DNA of 44,340 nt from a phage. A model generated the notes under the pieces. That model saw only the letters and a list, made by a program, of their open reading frames with translations, did not search any database and was not told the origin of the DNA. Within the stretch, counting starts at the first letter, position 1. Each line of letters begins with the position of its first letter. Made by a program: the position numbers and the translations under genes. Shown here piece by piece: positions 1 to 6,636 of this stretch. The stretch lies in the NCBI GenBank assembly GCA_030393635.1, contig GCA_030393635.1_4352.1, one strand, 5' to 3'.

Positions 1-91
1 ATCAGATACTTAAGATATATGCCGCCGATGAGCATAGAGCTTGCCCAGGGCAACTGGAGATACTTAGGAAGGAAAGTTACGATAATTCTCG
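1..91. repeat. Terminal redundancy or circular wrap: 1..91 is repeated at 44250..44340
   Basis: Direct comparison of the first 91 nt with the last 91 nt of the window shows the same sequence. Confidence 0.9.
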
Positions 92-230
92 TGTTCAGTA
101 AGCCTGCTGCTTAACCCTTTGCTTAATGCACGGGTTAAGCATTCTTACAAGGTGAACAGGAATCAAAGTAACTAAGATATAGAAGCACCTTAAACGAAGA
201 TTTTCATAATGTCAATAGGTGCGATTATGT

Positions 231-259
231 TTGATTTCCCATTATTCGCAATGTATACT
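231..259 (+). promoter_or_regulatory. Sigma70-like promoter for the plus-strand early operon
   Basis: TTGATT (231-236), 17-bp spacer, TATACT (254-259), about 33 nt upstream of the ATG at 292. Confidence 0.45.
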
Positions 260-291
260 TGGTTTCGTTAACTGATAATGAGGGTTTGAGA

Positions 292-462
292 ATGACGCAG
301 AATGAAGTGGCTGAGCGTATCGGGGTTACTCGTCGCACGCTGAATAACTGGTTAAAGAGTGGGAAGTTCCCTGATTGCTGTATTCGCATTATGGGCCGCC
401 GTCAGCCGGGTACGTTCGACCCGGAGAAAGTGGAAGCGTGGATTAAGGAGAATGTGAAATGA
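292..462 (+). CDS. Small HTH DNA-binding protein (MerR/AlpA/excisionase-like fold)
   Basis: ORF 259..462 with ATG at 292 preceded by GAGGG; the EVAERIGVTRRTLNNWLKSGKFP segment reads as a helix-turn-helix. Confidence 0.6.
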   Translation: MTQNEVAERIGVTRRTLNNWLKSGKFPDCCIRIMGRRQPGTFDPEKVEAWIKENVK

Positions 463-692
463 CCGAATTTCAGTCACGCGTATTTACGGCAGTCGTTTCG
501 TTAACACGTAAAAAAGGGTCGTGCAGCGTTATCGACTTGCGCCGTAGTTATTTTAAGTACTATAGTTCAGCCATTATTGAAGGGTCGTTGGAGGTACTGG
601 TTAAATCCGGTATCGTGAAAAATGTTGGCGGGAAATATAGCGCCGTTGCTGAAGTTCGCGGAATGACCGCTACTTTAGAAGACCTGGAATAA
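459..692 (+). CDS. Hypothetical protein with acidic C-terminal TLEDLE tail
   Basis: 77-aa ORF; its ATG overlaps the upstream stop (ATGA); C-terminus is TATLEDLE. Confidence 0.5.
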   Translation: MTEFQSRVFTAVVSLTRKKGSCSVIDLRRSYFKYYSSAIIEGSLEVLVKSGIVKNVGGKYSAVAEVRGMTATLEDLE

Positions 693-751
693 AAGAAAGC
701 CCCGACGCGGTGAACGCCGAGGCCAAATTACTTGCTGAAGGAATACACGAT

Positions 752-2992
752 ATGTCCGATGTGATTTTATCCTACTCGTGGTCCCGTCGCAACGCGCGGG
801 CAGAGAAAAAGGATATAAACGTCAGAACCACACACACAGCAACACTTGACGACCTGAAAGAGTTAATTCAGCCGCTAGATGCTGTTCGTGACGGGATTAA
901 CCCTAAGACTGCCCCCGGCTATATCACAGCCGCGTGCGACTCTATGCACAGCACCGTAAAAGACCCGGAAACCGGCGACTTTAAGCAAGCGCGCAAAGGC
1001 TTCTTCTATCGCTGCGACGCGTCTGTAAGCAAATCGTCGCTGGCGTATCTGGACTTCGACAGTGCGACGCCGGAAGAGTATCAGGAAGCTGTGCGTCTGG
1101 TTAAGCGCAGCCGTAAAGCCATGTGCCTCTACACTACGGCATCGCATACCGACGAATCGCCGCGCTTTCGCGTCGTCATGCCGCTGGTGCGCCCGGTTGA
1201 AGGCGGTGACATCATCCGTGTTCGCCATGGATTACTTGAGCACTTCTTCAAAGGCATGGGCGCTGACCGCAGCGGGTTCACTCTTTCGCAACCGATGTAC
1301 CTGCCGCCGGTCGGCTCTACCGTTATCTGGTCGCGCCGCAACGACCTGATTGACCCGGACGAGTTACTGGAAGGCATCCCGACCGTTGACGTTAGCAGCG
1401 CATCGGATTACCAGATACCGGAAGAACTACGCACCGCGTTTACTGACGCGTTCGAAGCACTGGCGTTCGAGTACGGCGGCATCATGACACCGCGTGGCCT
1501 AAAAATGCCAGCCACACCAGAGCATGCAGAAAACTACAGCGACCCGACGCCGCGTCCGGACGACTTCCTGCTGTGTTTCCCGCGTGAAGGATATGAAGCG
1601 CCGAACGTAACCATGATCCACGACACCGACATTACGGCGACCGAAGGCATGTCGCCGAAAGAGGTGTGGAAATACGCGTGCGATGCGACCGGGCTGCCGT
1701 TCAGTGAAGTCGCTGAGGCAATCGGCTGGGGTGCGCGAGAGTCCGTTTCATGCAGCCTTGACGACCTGGAAGACGACGAGGACCCAGAGGAGGACGAGTT
1801 ACCTGAACCGGTAAAGGCTGATTTTGTCGTCGAGGGGTACATGCCGTCGGATTGTATCTGGGACATCGTGGGGGAATCTGGCACGTACAAATCGTTCTAT
1901 ACGCTGGGGATGATGTACCTGAGCGCCGCCGGATACCGGTTTGCGGGTGCGGATACGCAACGTTGCCACCATTTCTATATTGATGGGGAGGGTGGTGCAG
2001 CTACACGCACCCGTATTGATGCGCTCGCAGCTAAGTATGGCGAGGAAGGTAAAGATTATGTACATGTCATCGATATGGGTGAAGTCGGAAAACTGAAAAG
2101 CCTGATTAAGTTGATGCGTGAAACTGCAGGCGACGAACCAATCGGCATGGTCGCATTCGACACCCTCAACCAGACGCTGGCCCTGACGATTGATAAGTTC
2201 GACGAGAACAGTTCATCGACGGCAATCGGCATGGGTAAAGTTATTGCCATCCTGAAAGAAGTACGTGATGCGACTAAAGCCGCGGTAGGCGTTGTCCACC
2301 ATACGCCGAAGGGCGGAAAGAAAGCCCGTGGTAGCGGGGCGCTGTATGCGGGTGTTGACGTGGAACTGACAATTGAACGTGCAACCGACCGTCAAATAAA
2401 CGTATACCACTCAAAATTTAAGCACGGGCCCCAACAGAAGACCGTTGGCATGGTGCTTGAGTCGGTACAGTTCCGTGAAGCGCCGCCGCCGAAAGAGTAC
2501 CGCGCGGTTGAGTTCCTCGGTAGCACAGAGGAATACGGCCCAATCGTAAACCTCGACCTGCCTGAGCCGCACAAGGCGCTTGTGCTGATGCCGTGGGGCT
2601 TCGAGCCGTTCAAAACTGACGAGGAGAAAGAGCGGGAAGAAGGGCTGACAAAGGAAGGTAAAGAAAACGTAAAGAATGCTGTAAAACGCGGGAAGGATGA
2701 AGGGCGTAAGGAATCAATACTCGCCGCACTGGAAGACCTGCAACAGTCCGATGACACCGGACGAGGTTTTACGCAACGGCAGATAGTGGCGAACTCAGGC
2801 GACCACGCCATCACAAACTACCATCTTGAGAAGATGCTGAAAGACGGTGAGTTGATGCTCGGGTGCGATGTTAACGGTGAAGTTATACCAGGCACATACC
2901 GGATACCGGAAAAGATGGGTGACAGATTAAGGCCAAAGACAATATACGAGCCGAATGAAATGCTGACAGTGACAGAGGAGGATTTGGAATAG
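752..2992 (+). CDS. DNA primase/helicase (N-terminal primase-like region plus RecA-fold ATPase)
   Basis: ORF 710..2992 (GTG at 710; ATG at 752 has GAAGGA 9 nt upstream). Walker A GESGTYKS, Walker B-like VAFDTL, VVHHTPKGG motif; acidic linker DDLEDDEDPEEDE; C-terminal TEEDLE. Confidence 0.75.
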   Translation: MSDVILSYSWSRRNARAEKKDINVRTTHTATLDDLKELIQPLDAVRDGINPKTAPGYITAACDSMHSTVKDPETGDFKQARKGFFYRCDASVSKSSLAYLDFDSATPEEYQEAVRLVKRSRKAMCLYTTASHTDESPRFRVVMPLVRPVEGGDIIRVRHGLLEHFFKGMGADRSGFTLSQPMYLPPVGSTVIWSRRNDLIDPDELLEGIPTVDVSSASDYQIPEELRTAFTDAFEALAFEYGGIMTPRGLKMPATPEHAENYSDPTPRPDDFLLCFPREGYEAPNVTMIHDTDITATEGMSPKEVWKYACDATGLPFSEVAEAIGWGARESVSCSLDDLEDDEDPEEDELPEPVKADFVVEGYMPSDCIWDIVGESGTYKSFYTLGMMYLSAAGYRFAGADTQRCHHFYIDGEGGAATRTRIDALAAKYGEEGKDYVHVIDMGEVGKLKSLIKLMRETAGDEPIGMVAFDTLNQTLALTIDKFDENSSSTAIGMGKVIAILKEVRDATKAAVGVVHHTPKGGKKARGSGALYAGVDVELTIERATDRQINVYHSKFKHGPQQKTVGMVLESVQFREAPPPKEYRAVEFLGSTEEYGPIVNLDLPEPHKALVLMPWGFEPFKTDEEKEREEGLTKEGKENVKNAVKRGKDEGRKESILAALEDLQQSDDTGRGFTQRQIVANSGDHAITNYHLEKMLKDGELMLGCDVNGEVIPGTYRIPEKMGDRLRPKTIYEPNEMLTVTEEDLE

Positions 2993-2999
2993 GGAAAAA

Positions 3000-3022
3000 G
3001 AAAGGGGCGTTAAGCCCCTTCA
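3000..3022. terminator. Hairpin between convergent genes
   Basis: GGGGC-gttaa-GCCCC stem-loop with A-run upstream and TT downstream. Confidence 0.5.
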
Positions 3023-3225
3023 CCAAACGCCAGCCACTTGGCGTCTACTTGCAGCACTTCTGCCAGTCTAAACAGCGTCGCAGGGCGGACGTCCTGAGTT
3101 ACTCCGAGCGCAAGCTGGTTAATTGCGCCCTGGGAAACGCCGGCCAGAACAGCCAGACGGCGCTGGGAGATTCCGAGTTCTTTACGGCGTTGTTCTACAC
3201 GGATGCCTAGTTCAGATGGTTGCAT
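3010..3225 (-). CDS. XRE-family (Cro/CI-type) HTH transcriptional regulator
   Basis: 71-aa ORF; ISQRRLAVLAGVSQGAINQL is a typical XRE HTH; AAGGAG RBS 7 nt upstream of the ATG on the minus strand. Confidence 0.8.
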   Translation of the reverse strand: MQPSELGIRVEQRRKELGISQRRLAVLAGVSQGAINQLALGVTQDVRPATLFRLAEVLQVDAKWLAFGEGA

Positions 3226-3256
3226 GTCAATTACTCCTTAGTTAGTTTATATGTGA

Positions 3257-3318
3257 ATAGTACCATATTAATTATTTTAGAAAAGCCCATTGACATCATG
3301 AATAGTTCGCTATTATAG
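3257..3318. promoter_or_regulatory. Divergent promoter/operator region between the XRE regulator and the small ORF at 3352
   Basis: Minus strand: TACTAT -10 overlapping palindrome AATAG-TACC-ATATT (3256-3269). Plus strand: TTGACA (3290-3295), palindrome AATAG-TTCG-CTATT (3301-3314), -10-like TATAGT. Confidence 0.55.
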
Positions 3319-3351
3319 TGAGCCTATACTAAACGAGAGGAGAGAAGCAAA

Positions 3352-3501
3352 ATGACCAATAACCGCAAAGCAAAGATTCTGTTAGGCCTTGATGTCGCAT
3401 TTGGAACTAAAGAAACCGCGCGCTATCGCGTAAGCAACAATCGTGTTGGCTTCTTCGACAAAGTGACAGGCCAGTTAGTTAAAACCGTTAAATATAAATA
3501 A
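3352..3501 (+). CDS. Small hypothetical protein (49 aa)
   Basis: ATG at 3352 preceded by strong SD GAGAGGAGAG; not in the ORF track because it is under 60 aa. Confidence 0.5.
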   Translation: MTNNRKAKILLGLDVAFGTKETARYRVSNNRVGFFDKVTGQLVKTVKYK

Positions 3502-3516
3502 ACAGGAGAACAAATA

Positions 3517-4008
3517 ATGTTAGAGAAATTCTTAGTATTAATTGAGCGTGGTGTAGTTGCACTTGAACTGATTGCCGCGAACAGTGTGAAACAACCGGTG
3601 TATGAACTTAAGGCAGAGGCAAAAGTAGCCGATAAGGTTCGTGATGTTGTTGTAAAAGAAGCAACAAAAGAAGTCCCGGTCGAAGGTGAAGACATCGTTG
3701 ACACTAAACCGGCAGAAGAAGAAGAGAAGCCAAAACGCAAGCCGCGTAAAGCTAAAGTAGAGGAGCCAACGCCAGAGCCGGAGGAAGAGAAAGAAGAGGT
3801 CGATTACCAGTCTCTTCGTGACCAGATTCAGGCTATCGACGATGCGATTAACGAAGGTCCGAGCGATGCCGCGTGCGATGATTCCGATGAACTGCTGGAA
3901 GAGTTCACCGGTAAGAAAATGAAGATTGCCGCGATTAAAGACGAAGACCTGGCTGAATATCTGGAACGCCTGACTGCAATCAAGAACAAGTATTTCGAAG
4001 AAGAATGA
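3517..4008 (+). CDS. Acidic K/E-rich hypothetical protein
   Basis: 163-aa ORF with RBS AACAGGAGAA; long acidic/lysine-rich low-complexity segment. Confidence 0.6.
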   Translation: MLEKFLVLIERGVVALELIAANSVKQPVYELKAEAKVADKVRDVVVKEATKEVPVEGEDIVDTKPAEEEEKPKRKPRKAKVEEPTPEPEEEKEEVDYQSLRDQIQAIDDAINEGPSDAACDDSDELLEEFTGKKMKIAAIKDEDLAEYLERLTAIKNKYFEEE

Positions 4009-4023
4009 TTTATCAGCGGCCTT

Positions 4024-4046
4024 CGGGCCGCTTTAACTGAGGGTAA
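4024..4046 (+). terminator. Intrinsic terminator
   Basis: GCGGCC-ttcg-GGCCGC stem followed by TTT. Confidence 0.55.
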
Positions 4047-4050
4047 AGAA

Positions 4051-4323
4051 ATGATTTACCAACTCTACCGCGCCGTAGATAGGCGGGATAGCACAGAGGC
4101 GTTGTGGCTATTACGTGCGCCGTCTGGTGCGCACCTGATGGAAGAGATGGCGTACTTAGGCAAAGTGCCACGGCCTAAAGATATAGGCCGTCACGTGTCG
4201 CAGATTAAGCGCACGACTTTCGCAAAACCAGACTTTTATGTCTTCGAGTTGATGTATGGGTGGGCGATGCACTGCCATCACCAGACGCGACATTTAATCG
4301 ACCAGTGGGAGAACAGGGTATGA
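4051..4323 (+). CDS. Hypothetical protein
   Basis: 90-aa ORF with upstream GAGGG. Confidence 0.5.
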   Translation: MIYQLYRAVDRRDSTEALWLLRAPSGAHLMEEMAYLGKVPRPKDIGRHVSQIKRTTFAKPDFYVFELMYGWAMHCHHQTRHLIDQWENRV

Positions 4324-4469
4324 CAAGGTACGCGATAATCGTAGAAATAGACGGTAAAGACCAGGAGCATAGTCGCTACGCCCGTTTGGATGAAGCTAGG
4401 TATGTCTTCTATACATTCGGATTCGAACGCAGTTTCAATAATGCGCGTATTGTGGAGATTACGAAATGA
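4320..4469 (+). CDS. Small hypothetical protein
   Basis: In-frame ATG at 4320 with GGGAGAACAGGG upstream; overlaps the upstream stop and is coupled to the next gene. Confidence 0.45.
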   Translation: MTRYAIIVEIDGKDQEHSRYARLDEARYVFYTFGFERSFNNARIVEITK

Positions 4470-5707
4470 TTTTAAAAGAACGCGGTGGCAATAACGATGT
4501 TCACGCCCTACTGTCACCGTCAGGCGCTAAAAAGTGGCTAAGCTGCGCCGCATCACTGGCCTGTGAAAAAGATATTCCTAACACGTCCGGCAAAGCTGCC
4601 GTATTAGGCACAGCTATGCACACCATAGCTGAGATGCACCTTAACCAGTACATCAAAGGTACTGCGTTGCCGTTAGAGCGTGAAGTCGGCGCTTACGTGC
4701 TGGATGAGGGCAAGGGCCAGATTAAGGCGCTAATCAGCCCAATTAAAGACGCGGTACTCATTACGGCGGACATGATTGAGCAGGTGCGCAAGTACACCGA
4801 CTACTGCAAAGCGATTATAGACGTGGCGACTTACGCCAAGCTGGAGATGCGCGTCAATCTTACTGAGGTATTGCATCCGGGGTATGAAGGCGTTGAGACG
4901 TTCGGAACCGCTGACCTTGTTGCCGTTCAGGAACTGGCAAACACCGACGGGCACATGCTCATTATTGGCGACCTGAAAACTGGACGGCATCGTGTCGAAG
5001 CGAAAGAAAACAAGCAGCTTATGCTTTATGCTCTCGGTGTTTATCGCCGACTCAAGAGACGCTATAACATAACAGTTGTTCGTCTGGTTATATTCCAGCC
5101 GTATGCTGGCGGTGCGTCGGAGTGGGACATCTCGGTTGAAGGTCTGGAACTGTTCGCTAAGTTCGCACGGAAACGTGCACTGTTAGCCCTTGATGCATAT
5201 TTCCGGGGCAAGAAGAACCTGAAAGCGTCGGACTTCAGGCCGTCGGTCGATGGTTGTCAGTGGTGTCGGTTCTCTGAGCAATGCGCCGTGCGTACAAAAA
5301 CCGTTAACGCGATACTGGCGGAAGAACTGGAGGGCGGCTTTGCACTCGAACTGACGCCTGAGCAACTCGTAGCTGAGTACGAGAAGTTGCCGCTGTTGCG
5401 ACAGCACATCGACAAGGTTGAAAAAGCTATGGCTGCCGCGCTGCATTCCGGTAAGAAAGTGCCTGGGTACAAACTCGTTGAGGGTAAGATGGGCAACCGT
5501 GCGTGGAAAGATTCCGATGCGGTATTCGAGAAGTACGGCGCTATGTTGCAAAAGGTAGTTCTCATGACGCCGACCGAAGCGGTTAAAGTGATACCGGAAG
5601 AAGAACTGAAAAACTTCATTACCCGTAAGCCGAGCGCACCATGTGTCGCAACGGCAGACGACAAACGTCCTGAGTGGAATCAGGTAACAGAGGAGGATTT
5701 AGAATAA
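4466..5707 (+). CDS. PD-(D/E)XK exonuclease, Cas4/RecB-like with putative Fe-S cysteines
   Basis: 413-aa ORF; N-terminal Cys (WLSCAASLAC) plus C-terminal C-x2-C-x5-C (GCQWCRFSEQC) as in Cas4-type nucleases; C-terminal TEEDLE. Confidence 0.65.
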   Translation: MILKERGGNNDVHALLSPSGAKKWLSCAASLACEKDIPNTSGKAAVLGTAMHTIAEMHLNQYIKGTALPLEREVGAYVLDEGKGQIKALISPIKDAVLITADMIEQVRKYTDYCKAIIDVATYAKLEMRVNLTEVLHPGYEGVETFGTADLVAVQELANTDGHMLIIGDLKTGRHRVEAKENKQLMLYALGVYRRLKRRYNITVVRLVIFQPYAGGASEWDISVEGLELFAKFARKRALLALDAYFRGKKNLKASDFRPSVDGCQWCRFSEQCAVRTKTVNAILAEELEGGFALELTPEQLVAEYEKLPLLRQHIDKVEKAMAAALHSGKKVPGYKLVEGKMGNRAWKDSDAVFEKYGAMLQKVVLMTPTEAVKVIPEEELKNFITRKPSAPCVATADDKRPEWNQVTEEDLE

Positions 5708-5711
5708 AGTG

Positions 5712-5740
5712 TTGACACCTGAATAGTTAGCTATTATATT
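5712..5740 (+). promoter_or_regulatory. Sigma70-like promoter with embedded palindrome, upstream of the SSB gene
   Basis: TTGACA (5712-5717), 17-bp spacer containing AATAG-TTAG-CTATT (5722-5735), TATATT (5735-5740). Confidence 0.6.
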
Positions 5741-5798
5741 TCTAACCACTGGCCGGGCAGTTCCCGGAGTAAACGAAACTTAAAAGCGAGAAATCAAG

Positions 5799-6425
5799 AT
5801 GGGACTGAAACTGAATCTGCGTAAAGTAAACACTGCATGGGTTAACGTATTCGAACGCGAAAAAGACCGCGAAAACGATGATGGCTCAATCACTAAAGGC
5901 CAGTACAGCGCAACGATTATCCTGCCGCCGGACCATGCTCAAATCGACGCGCTCTACGACACTGTTTACGCTGTAGTTGAGGGAGCGTTAGGCGCAGCCG
6001 CCGCCGAGAAATGGATGAAGTCCAACTACGGCGAAGGTAAGCACATGGATAAATGCGCGATTAAAGACATTGCCGAGCGCGACAATCCGTTTGAAGACTT
6101 CCCGGAAGGCTTCTACTTCAAAGCGAAAGCACAGAAACAGCCGCTGATTGTAACCTCTAAAAAAGGCGAGGCTCAGGTAGAGCAGGACTTCAATGTAGAC
6201 GGCGAACAGATTGAAGGTGAACAGGTTTACAGCGGCTGTGTTGCCAACGTAAGCGTTGAAATCTGGTTCAGCCAGAAATACAAAGTCCTCGGTGTTAACC
6301 TGCTGGCAATTAAATATGTTGGCGAGGGTAAAGCGTTCGGTGGTTCTAAAGTCGCCGCAAGTGTCGACGACCTCGAAGACGACGAAGATGATGAAGCACC
6401 GCGCCGCGAACGTCGTCGCCGTTAA
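5799..6425 (+). CDS. Single-stranded DNA-binding protein (T7 gp2.5-like)
   Basis: 208-aa ORF with acidic DDLEDDEDDE segment near the C-terminus, resembling the gp2.5 tail, followed by a basic RRERRRR terminus. Confidence 0.55.
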   Translation: MGLKLNLRKVNTAWVNVFEREKDRENDDGSITKGQYSATIILPPDHAQIDALYDTVYAVVEGALGAAAAEKWMKSNYGEGKHMDKCAIKDIAERDNPFEDFPEGFYFKAKAQKQPLIVTSKKGEAQVEQDFNVDGEQIEGEQVYSGCVANVSVEIWFSQKYKVLGVNLLAIKYVGEGKAFGGSKVAASVDDLEDDEDDEAPRRERRRR

Positions 6426-6443
6426 TATCTGAATCAATTTAAC

Positions 6444-6468
6444 TGAGGCCCTTTATTGGGCCTTTTTA
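6444..6468 (+). terminator. Intrinsic terminator after the SSB gene
   Basis: AGGCCC-tttatt-GGGCCT stem followed by TTTTT. Confidence 0.6.
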
Positions 6469-6636
6469 CTAAGGGTCGAAAATAATGTTTTTCTGTAAGC
6501 ACGTTTATCGCTATATGAAACCGCTTCCGTGGTACGCGGATAAGTACCGGGCCGGATACCGGCATGTGTGGATTTGCCGTGATTGTATGAAAATAAGATT
6601 AAGCGAAACGAAGGCACTGGATTTAAGGAAAAAGAA

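Noticed and set aside
875-2814. Multiple minus-strand ORFs of 64-140 aa
   Set aside because: All nested antisense within the primase/helicase gene; no RBS or motifs.
4405-4425. tRNA T-loop-like GTTCGAATCC on the minus strand
   Set aside because: Lies inside a coding region; flanking sequence does not form a T-stem or acceptor stem; no cloverleaf could be built.
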